The notes: generated by a model from the sequence alone, not told the origin. 64,000 nt of DNA from Bacteroidales bacterium (GCA_045222295.1 JBGUXP010000011.1:21643-85642), one strand, 5' to 3'; shown: positions 34,728 through 44,773, counted from the first letter of the stretch. Translations and numbers: made by a program.

Positions 34728-36182
34728 TTAATAGATTGCGACAATCTTCTGAAGAATCTTGTTAAGTTTCTCGCCAACAACTGAAGAAGAGGCCTCATGG
34801 CCATTACTGATGATGGTAAAAGCCAGTCGGTCACCGTTAGAAGCATCTATGTAGCCCGCATAAGCCTTGACTCCTTCCATTGTACCGGTCTTCACACTCA
34901 CCGTCATGCCGGCGGGGAGGGAGGAAAGAAGATTCTTGGCAGTGCCGCTCTCTCCCACCTTCGCCAACGAGCGTAGGAAATCGTTGAAGAACGATTCCTT
35001 GCTGATGGCCATAAGATAACGGCAGACGAAATCAGCCGTTACCTTATTCTGCTGCGAGAGCCCGCTGCCATCAACAATCTTGACACCACCAAGGTCCAAC
35101 TTCTTCTCGCGGAAGTAATCGGACACCATCTTGGCGCCATTGGCGAAAGTACCCTTGCCGAATTTCTTGTAGCCAAGGTACTTGAAGATAGATTCAGCAT
35201 AAATATTGTTACTGGTAAGATTGGTATACTGTGCAAGGGTGTAATAGTCACTGCTGTAGTAGTCAAGCACAATACGCAGGCTGTCGGGCTGAGAGTAAAC
35301 CTGCATGGAGTTTGACGAAATGCTGACACCATGGGTGCGGAGATAGAGTGCGAAGAGGTCGGCACACTGCTTAGCCGGATTGGGAAGTGCACCACGCACG
35401 GGAAATTCCTTCTTGCCCAGTGGCACCGTGCCACGGTAGAGGCGCTCGCTGGCAGTAGGGCCGCCATAAATAGTCACATTGTCGCCCGATCCCTCGGGAC
35501 CCGTGGTCACCTCGCAAGTTCCTAGAACATTGATATTCTTCGGTGAGACCCTGGCGGCCGTGGCGGGATAGCCAAGCTTAGTACTAGGATTGAAGTAAAC
35601 GAAATACATGTTTTCGTGGAAGTTGAGTCCACTGACACCGGCGCCATAATAGTTGCCCACATCACCCCACAACCAACTGTCGTGGAGAGGCTGCTCATCG
35701 AACACTCCCACATGATAGCAAATGCGGCCGTCGACACGGCGGATACCCTTCTTCTTCAAAGCTCTTGTCCATCCGTCGAAGAGCGAGTCGGGAGTGGTCT
35801 GTCGGTAACGGTAGGAACCCAGCATGGGGTCACCGCCTCCGATGATATAGATATTTCCGTGAAGCACTCCCTCGCGGTCAATCTCGCCACGAATACCTAA
35901 TTTCGTAGTAAAACGGAAATCACTTCCCAAACGGGCAAAGGCCGTTCCTGTGGTAAATAGCTTAACCACCGAACCTGGAGTCATAGATACTTGCGAATTG
36001 TAGCTGTATACCTCCTGACCCTTGGTCACATTGTACACACACACCGAGAGCATGCCATGTTGCATACCATTCTCGCGATGGATATTAAGGATCGTCTTTT
36101 CAAGGTCGGCCACTTGCTGGGCCCTGGCTCCAAAAGTGACTAGAATGGCAATAGTCAAAACAATCAATCGTTTCATAGTCAT
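34728..36182 (-). CDS. dacB: D-alanyl-D-alanine carboxypeptidase/endopeptidase (PBP4, peptidase S13)
   Basis: Signal peptide; PGSVVKL (SxxK) motif; VDGSGLS; KTGT. Confidence 0.88.
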   Translation of the reverse strand: MTMKRLIVLTIAILVTFGARAQQVADLEKTILNIHRENGMQHGMLSVCVYNVTKGQEVYSYNSQVSMTPGSVVKLFTTGTAFARLGSDFRFTTKLGIRGEIDREGVLHGNIYIIGGGDPMLGSYRYRQTTPDSLFDGWTRALKKKGIRRVDGRICYHVGVFDEQPLHDSWLWGDVGNYYGAGVSGLNFHENMYFVYFNPSTKLGYPATAARVSPKNINVLGTCEVTTGPEGSGDNVTIYGGPTASERLYRGTVPLGKKEFPVRGALPNPAKQCADLFALYLRTHGVSISSNSMQVYSQPDSLRIVLDYYSSDYYTLAQYTNLTSNNIYAESIFKYLGYKKFGKGTFANGAKMVSDYFREKKLDLGGVKIVDGSGLSQQNKVTADFVCRYLMAISKESFFNDFLRSLAKVGESGTAKNLLSSLPAGMTVSVKTGTMEGVKAYAGYIDASNGDRLAFTIISNGHEASSSVVGEKLNKILQKIVAIY

Positions 36183-36778
36183 TTTAGTGTTTCGTTAATA
36201 CTCTCAATATTGTCTAACAAGGCCTCACGCCCCACGCCCGTGAGCGATGACGTGAGGAACATCGGCGGCAACTCGTCCCACATCTCCAACAGTACCTTTT
36301 TCATGGCCTTGATATTGGCCATTACCTCACGCTGCTTCTCCTTATCAGTTTTGGTGAAGACTATCGACAGCGGCACGCCATTGGTGCCGAGGAAGGTGAT
36401 AAACTCAATATCAATTTTCTGAGGCGGAATGCGACTGTCTATCAACACATAGACATTGGTAAGCGCCTCGCGGTGGAGGAAATAGTCGCGCATCATGGTA
36501 CCCCATTTCTCACGCGAAGTCTTCGAGGTGCGGGCAAAACCATAGCCCGGAAGGTCGACGAGATACCACTCATTGTTTATCAGAAAATGATTGATAAGTT
36601 GCGTCTTGCCAGGACGTCCAGAGGTCTTTGCCAGACCCTTGACACCTGTCAGCATATTGATGAGCGACGATTTGCCCACATTACTGCGACCAATGAAGGC
36701 ATACTCCGGACGGCCATCCGAAGGACACTTCTTGTAGTTAGGACTACTGATACTGAACACTGCGCTACTTATCTTCAT
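36179..36778 (-). CDS. engB: Ribosome biogenesis GTP-binding protein YihA/EngB
   Basis: [13 protein letters not shown]-loop, DLPGYG, TKTDK. Confidence 0.92.
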   Translation of the reverse strand: MKISSAVFSISSPNYKKCPSDGRPEYAFIGRSNVGKSSLINMLTGVKGLAKTSGRPGKTQLINHFLINNEWYLVDLPGYGFARTSKTSREKWGTMMRDYFLHREALTNVYVLIDSRIPPQKIDIEFITFLGTNGVPLSIVFTKTDKEKQREVMANIKAMKKVLLEMWDELPPMFLTSSLTGVGREALLDNIESINETLK

Positions 36779-36784
36779 ACCCTG

Positions 36785-37903
36785 CTACTTGCGGTTTGCT
36801 CGTTTCATCTTCTTCAACTCCTGCTTCAACTCTGTTTGCTTCTTTTTCAGCGTCTTGAGCTCTTTCATTGTCTCCAGTTCCTCCAGGCTGCGCTGCTTCC
36901 ACCAGGGCAACAACTTCATATTGATGCTGAATAGGCGACGGCGGTCGAGCTTCTGGTTGCGATTCTGATAGCTGTCAATATAGCGCTTGTGTTTATCTGG
37001 ATACAAGTCACTGAGTGTGATAAGGATGCCCGTGTCGCTAGTTCCCACCAGATGGTGGTTGGGGCAGGTGCCGAAGGAACGCATCGAGGGCGTGAGGTTC
37101 ATATAGGCATTGACAAGTGGCGGCACGGTACAACCACGCTCACGCACAGCACGAAGCAGTATCTGATAGTCTTCCTTGTAGTTGCGACCATTGAAGAGTT
37201 GCACCAACTCGTTGTAGTCGCTCTCGATATTTATCCTCTCGTAGGGCCACACCAGGCCATCTCGGTCGGGGAAATGCTTCTGGTAGAAAAAGAGAATTAG
37301 GTCGCGAGCCTTCTTGTCGAGATCGCCATACATGGTGATTTTCCCAAAGAAATAGCGCGTCTCTGGAATTTCAAGTATCAGGCAACCAAGGCCGTCCCAT
37401 AGGTTATCGAGGCTATAGAGGCCCTTGCGGAGGTTGTTGCTCGGCTGGTAAGCGGGCTGCACAAAAGCACGCCCAAGTTCTACGGTATAAGGGAGATACT
37501 CGTTTATAAACTGCTCGCTGAACTGGTATTGGTCGGCCGTTGGAGTGACAATGGAGCCATCCTCGCGGCGCAGCATATTGGTACCATGGATAAAACGGTA
37601 GGCCCCTACAATCTCCTCGTCCTCAGGACTCCAGACAAAGAGTTGCTTGCAGCAATAGGGATCCTCCATGGTGTCGTATTGGTCGATATCCAGTTCCTTG
37701 CCTGTGCCACCGCCATCAACGGCGAAACTCAGCTCACGCAGACGCCCAATCTCACGCATGATGTTGGGTGAGAGGTGCGCCGTGGTAACATAAATTTCCT
37801 TGTTTCCAAAATTACTTTTACGCAGGAAATGCTTCTGCTTCAATTCCTTCTTAATCAGCTCGCGGTCGACGGGCGGGGCTATATACGATAAATCCATATT
37901 CAA
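36785..37903 (-). CDS. glsB: N-acyl amino acid synthase (GNAT/hemolysin-like), glycine-lipid GlsB-like, with a basic coiled-coil C-terminal tail
   Basis: Acetyltransf_5-like core adjacent to a lysophospholipid acyltransferase, matching the Bacteroides gls pair as I recall it. The last about 50 aa are Lys/Glu-rich. Confidence 0.7.
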   Translation of the reverse strand: MNMDLSYIAPPVDRELIKKELKQKHFLRKSNFGNKEIYVTTAHLSPNIMREIGRLRELSFAVDGGGTGKELDIDQYDTMEDPYCCKQLFVWSPEDEEIVGAYRFIHGTNMLRREDGSIVTPTADQYQFSEQFINEYLPYTVELGRAFVQPAYQPSNNLRKGLYSLDNLWDGLGCLILEIPETRYFFGKITMYGDLDKKARDLILFFYQKHFPDRDGLVWPYERINIESDYNELVQLFNGRNYKEDYQILLRAVRERGCTVPPLVNAYMNLTPSMRSFGTCPNHHLVGTSDTGILITLSDLYPDKHKRYIDSYQNRNQKLDRRRLFSINMKLLPWWKQRSLEELETMKELKTLKKKQTELKQELKKMKRANRK

Positions 37904-37913
37904 AAATCAAAGT

Positions 37914-38762
37914 TCAAAATTCAAAACTGGCATCAGGGTTATCCTTCAGCTTGTAGACATGCTCTCTCATCAGCGCGGCCCATTCGGCGGCAGTGTGGCG
38001 ACTATCAAATGTTACATAGGAGATGGGCTTGCCAAAAGTAATAGAGAAGGTCTTGCCTCGCTGGGCAAACATCTCGGCTGGCAACATAGCCATCTCGTAG
38101 CTAAACTTGATTCCCAGCCGTTTGCGTATATTCGCCACCGTGTAGAAGAGGTTACGGTTGCGGGCGTCAGTGTAGACGGGAATGATATCACGATGGTATT
38201 TCACAGCCTTCTTGATGAAAGTGGGATGCCACTCTAGGTCCTTAATCTCGCCCTTCTGGCGACGCGAGGCGGCACCCGAGGGATAAAACAACAGGATATT
38301 GTCGCCGGCAAAAGCCTCCTCAAGATTAGCCAACGTCTTGGTTCTGTTTACCTTGTTGATGGGAACGAACAGCTCGCGCAGCCCCGGCAGGTAGAGCAGG
38401 AAGTCGGTCACCGGAAAGACAATGTCCTTGCGTTTGCGCCCCACGGCACCCATCAGCGCCAAGCCGTCGGGGCCTCCAAGGGGATGGTTGCCCACCACCA
38501 AGGGACTGCCGTCGGCAGGAACATGCTCCAATCCGCTGATTTTCACATCAAGACCAAGATTCCAAGGCTCCTTGCCCTCGGTAAAACCATAGACGAAGTC
38601 GAGCCCGAACAGGTCGCGGTCCTTGTAGATGGTCTCGTTGATTTCGTCAATATGCAGCAACCGTTCGGCCCATTTCAGCACCAAACGAGGCACCTTGACA
38701 CCTTTGTCGGACAAAATCTTCTGCAGGTCAATATAGTTTTCCGTAATAACCGCCTGTTCCAT
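37914..38762 (-). CDS. glsA: Lysophospholipid acyltransferase family protein (GlsA-like O-acyltransferase)
   Basis: GNHPLGGPDG (HX4D variant) and YPSGAASRR motifs; paired with the upstream N-acyltransferase. Confidence 0.7.
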   Translation of the reverse strand: MEQAVITENYIDLQKILSDKGVKVPRLVLKWAERLLHIDEINETIYKDRDLFGLDFVYGFTEGKEPWNLGLDVKISGLEHVPADGSPLVVGNHPLGGPDGLALMGAVGRKRKDIVFPVTDFLLYLPGLRELFVPINKVNRTKTLANLEEAFAGDNILLFYPSGAASRRQKGEIKDLEWHPTFIKKAVKYHRDIIPVYTDARNRNLFYTVANIRKRLGIKFSYEMAMLPAEMFAQRGKTFSITFGKPISYVTFDSRHTAAEWAALMREHVYKLKDNPDASFEF

Positions 38763-38792
38763 CTGTGTTTTTCCTCCTTCTATTCAAACTGC

Positions 38793-38800
38793 AAAGATAC
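38793..38800 (-). promoter_or_regulatory. -7 box TATCTTTG for the glsA-glsB-engB-dacB unit
   Basis: TAnnTTTG match on the minus strand, 31 nt upstream of the ATG. Confidence 0.5.
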
Positions 38801-38921
38801 AACTTTTTTTTATTATAGGAACAATATTTTTAACATTTGCTCCAGCCCAAGTCCGGTTTTAACATAAAAACCGTTAAAAGAGAACCTGAAAACCATCCAA
38901 AAACACCTAAAATGCTCTATA

Positions 38922-39020
38922 CCACAACTGGCTGATAACCACTTACCAAGCCCTTACCAACTCCTAACCAACTCCTACCACGGTAGGAGATGATAGGGTG
39001 TTGGTAAGCCGATGGTTGGT
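38922..39020. repeat. Intergenic structured repeat, family A, copy 2
   Basis: Aligns over about 90 nt with 2906-2996, in the same orientation, again just upstream of a plus-strand gene. Confidence 0.7.
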
Positions 39021-39072
39021 TTATCGGGCTTTTAACATATTATGTTTTTTTTGCCATGTCGCAAAAAAATCG

Positions 39073-39080
39073 TACTTTTG
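39073..39080 (+). promoter_or_regulatory. -7 box TACTTTTG for cstA
   Basis: TAnnTTTG match 23 nt upstream of the ATG at 39103. Confidence 0.5.
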
Positions 39081-39102
39081 CAGCGTTTTTTTACATAGTA
39101 TT

Positions 39103-40575
39103 ATGATTACTTTTATCACCTCAGTTGTATTGCTCCTATTAGGCTACTGGCTCTATTCCAAACTGATAGAGCGTATCATCGGTGTCAACCCCGAGCGTGT
39201 CACACCCGCCGTGGCGCACCCCGACGGGGTCGACTATGTGCCGATGAAACCCTGGCGCATCTTCCTCATCCAGTTCCTCAACATCGCCGGCGTAGGACCG
39301 ATTATCGGAGCTGTCATGGGTGCCCAGTTCGGCACCGCCTCGTTCCTCTGGATTGTATTCGGATGCATCTTCGCCGGTGCAGTGCACGATTTCATTGCGG
39401 GCTTTATTTCTATCCGCCAGGACGGCGCCTCGCTGCCCGAAATCCACGGCAAATACCTGGGCAATGGCATGAAACAGTTCATGCGCGGCTTCACAGTAAT
39501 TCTGATGATTCTCGTCGGCGCCGTGTTTGTCAACACCCCCGCCACCCTGCTCACTCAGGACATTTTCGTTCCCGAAGGGCTCCGTCATCTGGACCACAAC
39601 GTGATACAGTATTTCTGGGTCATCCTTATCTTTATCTACTATCTGCTAGCCACCATGTTGCCTATCGACAAGATTATCGGCAAAATATACCCTGTTTTTG
39701 GCATTCTGTTGCTGGCCATGGCCGTGGCATTGGTAGTAGCCTTCGTGGTCTACCAGGTGCCACTGCGTGAGGTATGGGAAGGTTTGGAGAACAGCCATCC
39801 ACTGGCTGCCACCAACCCCATCTTCCCCATGATGTTCATTTCCATTGCCTGCGGTGCCATCAGCGGTTTCCATGCCACACAGAGTCCTTTGATGGCACGC
39901 TGTATGGTGAACGAAATGCAAGCCCGCCCCATCTTCTATGGTGCCATGATTGCCGAGGGTATCGTGGCCCTCATCTGGGCCGCTGCCGCCGCCTATTTCT
40001 TCCACGACCATCCCGAGATTTGTTTCGGCAAGAGCGGTGCCGCCATGGTGGGTGTCATCGCCAACCAGTGGTTCCCGTCCATCATCGCCTTCATCACCAT
40101 CCTCGGTGTGGTCAGTGCCGCCGTCACCAGTGGCGACACAGCTCTGCGCTCGGCGCGCCTCATCGTGGCCGACTTTATGCATGTCAACCAAAAGCCCATC
40201 ATGAAACGCCTCTATGTAGCTCTGCCAGTATTCATCCTCGCCGCCGCCCTGCTGGTCTTCTCGCTGGTCGACAATGAAGGCTTTCAGGTCATCTGGCGCT
40301 ACTTCTCGTGGGCCAATCAATTCCTTGCCATGGTCACCCTCTGGGCTGTCACCGTCTTCCTCGCTAAACTCCTGCCCGGAAAGGCTTGGTACTGGATCAC
40401 TCTCGTTCCATCCCTGTTCATGAGCATGGTAACCATCAGCTTCCTCATGGTGGCACAAGGAGAAGGCCTCGGCAGTATCCTCCCCCACCCCGTGGGCTAC
40501 GCCATCGCAGCTGCCATCACCCTCGCCCTCGGCGTGCTCTTCTTCGTGCGCATAAAGAAAAACACAATAAAATAA
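39103..40575 (+). CDS. cstA: Carbon starvation protein CstA family transporter
   Basis: Start MITFITSVVLLLLGYWLYS; FLIQFLNIAGVGPIIGAV signature; multi-TM. The ORF extension from 38998 lies in repeat A and upstream of the promoter box. Confidence 0.9.
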   Translation: MITFITSVVLLLLGYWLYSKLIERIIGVNPERVTPAVAHPDGVDYVPMKPWRIFLIQFLNIAGVGPIIGAVMGAQFGTASFLWIVFGCIFAGAVHDFIAGFISIRQDGASLPEIHGKYLGNGMKQFMRGFTVILMILVGAVFVNTPATLLTQDIFVPEGLRHLDHNVIQYFWVILIFIYYLLATMLPIDKIIGKIYPVFGILLLAMAVALVVAFVVYQVPLREVWEGLENSHPLAATNPIFPMMFISIACGAISGFHATQSPLMARCMVNEMQARPIFYGAMIAEGIVALIWAAAAAYFFHDHPEICFGKSGAAMVGVIANQWFPSIIAFITILGVVSAAVTSGDTALRSARLIVADFMHVNQKPIMKRLYVALPVFILAAALLVFSLVDNEGFQVIWRYFSWANQFLAMVTLWAVTVFLAKLLPGKAWYWITLVPSLFMSMVTISFLMVAQGEGLGSILPHPVGYAIAAAITLALGVLFFVRIKKNTIK

Positions 40576-40606
40576 CCATTTCGCCGTTTATTTTCAAAAA
40601 AAGTTG

Positions 40607-40614
40607 TACTTTTG
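40607..40614 (+). promoter_or_regulatory. -7 box TACTTTTG
   Basis: TAnnTTTG match 22 nt upstream of the ATG at 40636. Confidence 0.5.
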
Positions 40615-40635
40615 CATTTTGAAAACAATAAAAAA

Positions 40636-41466
40636 ATGAAGAAAAATATCGCACTCATGCTGGTCCTGCTCGTTGCAGGAACGGCCTTTGCAGCAAGTCA
40701 CAAGCCCCGCAAGAACTCACGCACCGAGATGGGTATCCACGGCAACGCCCTGTATGTGATTGAATACACCTACAATCTTCACAGCGGTGCCAACGGTGGC
40801 CGCCAACTCATCTGCATCGACAGCATTACCTTCGACAAGCGCGGCAACTTTGCCGACAAGTTCCGCACCAAAGCCAACGACTATACCTGGTACAGCTATT
40901 ATTTTGACGTCAACGGTTATAGCCTTGGCTGGAACGAATACAACAAAGAGAAGATGCTCACCGGCCGCACTGCCTACCTCAACGACAAGGATGGTAACCG
41001 CATCGAGCGCACCGTCTATCTTGGCAACCAGATGACCAAGAAGGAAAGTTCTAAATTCGTCAGCGGCCTGATGATGGAGGAACAGAGTTTTGACCAGGAC
41101 GGCCAAATGACTGAGTTGCGGAAGTACAAATACGACCAGAAGGGCAACTGCACCGAGATTGAGTTCTACAACCGCGACGGCGACCTCATGCAGCACTACC
41201 TCTACAAGTACGATGCCCGTGGCAACCGCATCGAGTGGGACTTCTACGATGCCGATGAGTTCCTCTCTGCAAAAACGACCTATTATTATGATGACCACGA
41301 CAATGTGATAGAAATCTCCTCATTCAACTATGACGAGCACCTCAACTGGAAGCACAGCTACGTCTACGAATACGACGAGGACGACAACTGGGTCCGCCAG
41401 ACCATCTACCGCAACAATGTCCCCTACCAGGTCATCGAGCGCGAAATCGCCTTCCCTGCCAATTAA
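40636..41466 (+). CDS. Secreted protein with YD/RHS-like repeats
   Basis: Signal peptide MKKNIALMLVLLVAGTAFA; repeated YxYDxxGNxIE..Y units. Confidence 0.6.
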   Translation: MKKNIALMLVLLVAGTAFAASHKPRKNSRTEMGIHGNALYVIEYTYNLHSGANGGRQLICIDSITFDKRGNFADKFRTKANDYTWYSYYFDVNGYSLGWNEYNKEKMLTGRTAYLNDKDGNRIERTVYLGNQMTKKESSKFVSGLMMEEQSFDQDGQMTELRKYKYDQKGNCTEIEFYNRDGDLMQHYLYKYDARGNRIEWDFYDADEFLSAKTTYYYDDHDNVIEISSFNYDEHLNWKHSYVYEYDEDDNWVRQTIYRNNVPYQVIEREIAFPAN

Positions 41467-41472
41467 AACAGC

Positions 41473-42420
41473 ATGAAATATTTGCCCATTCTTCTGTGCC
41501 TGCTCTTCTCTCTTGGAGGGCAGGCACAGGGTTGTTTAAAGGGCACTGTCACTGATGCCAAGACCGGTGAGCCGCTGCCGTTTGCCAACGTCACCGTCTT
41601 CCAAGACGGAAAGCAGGTGCATGGTGGCGTAACCGACTGGGATGGCATCTTCACCATCAAGCCGCTTGCGGCCGGTAACTACGACGTGACAGTAAATACC
41701 GTAGGATATCAGCCATACAAAAGAGAAGGTGTCAGAATACTAGCCTCAGGATTCACCCTTTGGGAAATAAGCCTGAATCCCACGTCCACTCATCTTGAGG
41801 ATATCTCATCCTACGAAGATTCAATCTACAAACATTTTTATGGCCATGCCCGGCGGGAGCCGCAAATGCTGCCTTTGGTAGAATACGTGATTGTGGACAG
41901 CGGCTTGGCACAGATGCTCGACCGCGTCGTCGAGGGCAAGGAGAATACCTATTTCTGGAGCACTGAGTCCATGGAACCCAAGCCCAGCCCGGCAGGCACC
42001 ACGTTCGACCTCTATTTGTTCACGACACCCGCCATTGACACCACCTGGGATTCTGTGCAGGGCGATTACAACTACCTTTATATGCTCTATCGCGACGACC
42101 CGACGCTTCCGCGTCCCTTGATAGAGCGGGCTCCACAGTTCTCGTTCGATAGCACAACGACCTGCATGAGTGTCACCGAGACCTACTATCCGCAGTCTTT
42201 TGTCGATGCCGAGGGCTTCGTCAGATACCGAGAATGTGTCTTCTTCCTCATCTACCCACCTGTGGAGGCAACGGATGCATACATCCGAAAAACCGACCGA
42301 TTGGAGTTCTTCCTACAGAAAGATCCTCCTCTCGCCGCCCGTCATGACCCACCGACGTGGATCTACACCATGCAGCAAGGCCACTGGTATCGCTGGATGG
42401 AACTCCCAAACGGTTGGTAA
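41473..42420 (+). CDS. Secreted protein with an N-terminal carboxypeptidase-regulatory-like (CarbopepD_reg) domain
   Basis: Signal peptide; G.V.D..TGEPLPFANV......G..TD.DG.F.I....G.Y pattern. Confidence 0.6.
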   Translation: MKYLPILLCLLFSLGGQAQGCLKGTVTDAKTGEPLPFANVTVFQDGKQVHGGVTDWDGIFTIKPLAAGNYDVTVNTVGYQPYKREGVRILASGFTLWEISLNPTSTHLEDISSYEDSIYKHFYGHARREPQMLPLVEYVIVDSGLAQMLDRVVEGKENTYFWSTESMEPKPSPAGTTFDLYLFTTPAIDTTWDSVQGDYNYLYMLYRDDPTLPRPLIERAPQFSFDSTTTCMSVTETYYPQSFVDAEGFVRYRECVFFLIYPPVEATDAYIRKTDRLEFFLQKDPPLAARHDPPTWIYTMQQGHWYRWMELPNGW

Positions 42421-42422
42421 TC

Positions 42423-43226
42423 TTAAAACAAGGCTAACTGGCGTACGCCAGATTGGCAGTGCGATTGATACGGACACTCATACGGAGTCAGGCAATGCTG
42501 ACCCGTGGGGGTGTCCGGTTCGTTTATGGCGAGGGCTATCGCCTTCATGGTGGCGATGTTCTTCTCTATCTCGTCGTGCTGGGCTTGCAATGCTTCGGTG
42601 AGGTCTTCTGTGATGAAGCCGCCGACGGGGTTGGCGTAGACGACGCAGAAGGAGTGTATCTCGCGGCAATGTGATATGATATAGTGCTGCAACGCAGCGT
42701 CGCGGCGGTATGTCTTGCTGAGGGCAGTGCCGCTCTTCACCTCGTAGATGTCCAATGTCCCGTCTTCGCGTTGGCGGACCACATCGGCCAGCACCAACAC
42801 TTCGTCATGGAGAAATCCTGCTTCAAAGAGGGTGACTGGTGTGGCACACTCCTCCACCACCGCTTCGCGGCGGTCCCCCTCCCCTAACTTAGGGGAGGAG
42901 CCAAGACAGTTATCTGCAAGGACTTTCTTCAGCTCTCCCCCTAAGTTAGGGGGAGTACCCCGCAGGGGGGAGGGAGTGTGTAACCTGTCAAGAAGCTGCG
43001 CCGTGCGCTCGGGGTACGCATCCACATTTCTCTTCAGCTCAGCGGAGATATCGATGCCGTCAGGGAAGGTAGCTTTGAATGCGTATTCGAACTCGCGGCC
43101 ACGGTCGAACCGCAGCATCTGCTCACGCGTGTATTTTGCCAACCGCGGGTTGTGGACATCGAGCCACAACGCTCTGTCGCACTGGAGGCCACGGATATAC
43201 TTGCTCTTGCTCAACAGATGGCTCAT
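42423..43226 (-). CDS. DUF2779 / Cas4-RecB-like PD-(D/E)xK nuclease family protein (short form) carrying a palindromic in-frame insert
   Basis: N-terminal LSKSKYIRGLQCDRALWL signature; C-terminal Cys cluster C..YECPYQSHC. Confidence 0.65.
   Translation of the reverse strand: MSHLLSKSKYIRGLQCDRALWLDVHNPRLAKYTREQMLRFDRGREFEYAFKATFPDGIDISAELKRNVDAYPERTAQLLDRLHTPSPLRGTPPNLGGELKKVLADNCLGSSPKLGEGDRREAVVEECATPVTLFEAGFLHDEVLVLADVVRQREDGTLDIYEVKSGTALSKTYRRDAALQHYIISHCREIHSFCVVYANPVGGFITEDLTEALQAQHDEIEKNIATMKAIALAINEPDTPTGQHCLTPYECPYQSHCQSGVRQLALF
42878..42970. repeat. Palindromic element, family C, copy in the DUF2779 gene
   Basis: CTCCCCTAACTTAGGGGAG at 42879-42897; CTCCCCCTAAGTTAGGGGGAG at 42934-42955; CCCCGCAGGGG hairpin at 42958-42968. 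Confidence 0.85.
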
Positions 43227-43240
43227 TCTCTCAGTTTTTA

Positions 43241-43340
43241 TCTCAACAGAACTATCATTTTTTTATTTCAATCAGAACTAAAAGAACTATCAGAACCAAT
43301 CGTCTAATTCTTTTTGTTCTTTTCGTTCTAATTGAGATTA
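43241..43340. repeat. Intergenic repeat, family B, copy 2 (inverted-repeat form)
   Basis: TCAATCAGAACTAAAAGAAC ... GTTCTTTTCGTTCTAATTGAGA are inverted arms. The 20-nt core is identical to 21679-21698. Confidence 0.7.
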
Positions 43341-43898
43341 TTGTTTATTCTGCTTGAGCTTCAAGAACAGTTCTTCTGTGGAGTCCACCGCGTGGAGCGA
43401 GGCCTCGCCACCGGCACGGACGAAGCCCATCTGGTTCATCTGGCGGAGCTGCTCGAGGAAGGGGTTGAAGAAGCCGTCGAGGTTTAATAAATACATGGGC
43501 TTATCTATCTGCTTGAGCTGATTAGCCACCATAACCTCCAGCACTTCGTCGAGGGTGCCGATGCCGCCGGGGAGGGCCACGAAGGCGTCGCTGCGGGCGA
43601 TGATGTATTCCTTGCGCTCGGCCATGCTGCGGACGCGGACGAGCTCGGTGACGGGCTGCGAGTTGATAATCTCCTCGCTGAAGAGCGTGGGGATGACGCC
43701 CACGACGTGGCCGCCCTCTTGGAGCGCGGCACCACTGACGGCGCCCATCAAACCAAGGTTGCTGCCGCCATAGATGAGCGTGTGTTCCTCCTCGGCGAGG
43801 CGGCGGCCGAGGGTCTCGGCTTCTTTAGTGATGCGACTGTCGCCCGGCAGGGCGGAGGCACAGAAGACTGCTATGTTCATGCTATTCTTTGTTGTCAT
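43338..43898 (-). CDS. LOG family protein (TIGR00730; cytokinin riboside 5'-monophosphate phosphoribohydrolase-like)
   Basis: GGSNLGLMG and PGGIGTLDE motifs. The start may be MNIAVF at 43880. Confidence 0.88.
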   Translation of the reverse strand: MTTKNSMNIAVFCASALPGDSRITKEAETLGRRLAEEEHTLIYGGSNLGLMGAVSGAALQEGGHVVGVIPTLFSEEIINSQPVTELVRVRSMAERKEYIIARSDAFVALPGGIGTLDEVLEVMVANQLKQIDKPMYLLNLDGFFNPFLEQLRQMNQMGFVRAGGEASLHAVDSTEELFLKLKQNKQ

Positions 43899-43998
43899 AT
43901 TTTTTTAACGCACCACTGTAGGATTTATTGCCCCTGGCAGGCAATATCTACGACGATTTGTCGTTATACGATACAGAAAACTAAAACATCGAACGATA

Positions 43999-44754
43999 AT
44001 GAACAAGACTGTATTGATTACCGGCGCGACGAGCGGCATCGGCCTCGGCTGCGCCAGAAAATTCGCCGCCAACGGCGACCGTCTCATCCTCACCGGCCGC
44101 AACGCCCAGCGCTTGGAGGAAATCCACCAAGAGCTCACCGCCAAGGGCACCGAGGTGCTGACAATCCTCTTCGACGTGCGCGACCGCGCGAAGGCTACCG
44201 AGTGCATCAATAACCTGCCCACCGAGTGGAAGGACATCGACGTGCTGGTCAACAACGCCGGCCTCGCCCTCGGCCTCGAACCCGAGTACGAAGGCAGCTA
44301 CGACGACTGGGACACCATGGTGGACACCAACATCAAGGGTCTGTTGACCATGACCCGTCTCGTGGTGCCGGGCATGGTGAAGCGCGACCGTGGCCACATC
44401 ATCAACATCGGCTCCGTGGCTGGCGACGCCGCATACGCCAACGGCAACGTCTACTGCGCCACCAAGGCTGCCGTGAAGACTATCACCGACGGACTGCGCC
44501 TCGATGTGGCCAATACCGCCATCCGCGTCACCAACCTCAAGCCCGGCCTTGTGGAGACCAACTTCAGCAACACGCGCTTCCACGGCGACACCGAGCGCGC
44601 CGCCAACGTCTACAAGGGCATCAAGCCCCTCACCGGCGACGACATCGCCGACGTGGCTGTCTACGCCTCCAACGCCCCCGCCCATGTGCAGGTGGCCGAG
44701 GTGCTCATCCTCGCCACGCATCAAGGCAGCGGCAGCGTTATTGTCCGCAAGTAA
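43999..44754 (+). CDS. SDR family NAD(P)-dependent oxidoreductase (YdfG-like)
   Basis: TGATSGIG Rossmann motif, NNAG, YCATK catalytic motif. Confidence 0.9.
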   Translation: MNKTVLITGATSGIGLGCARKFAANGDRLILTGRNAQRLEEIHQELTAKGTEVLTILFDVRDRAKATECINNLPTEWKDIDVLVNNAGLALGLEPEYEGSYDDWDTMVDTNIKGLLTMTRLVVPGMVKRDRGHIINIGSVAGDAAYANGNVYCATKAAVKTITDGLRLDVANTAIRVTNLKPGLVETNFSNTRFHGDTERAANVYKGIKPLTGDDIADVAVYASNAPAHVQVAEVLILATHQGSGSVIVRK

Positions 44755-44773
44755 ACGCCCTCCAGTAAAAGTC

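Noticed and set aside
42423-43898. DUF2779 nuclease-like gene plus the LOG family gene as a conflict/defence pair
   Set aside because: Both look like ordinary conserved Bacteroidota housekeeping-type genes. They are separated by a repeat element, and I have no sequence evidence of a shared system beyond adjacency.
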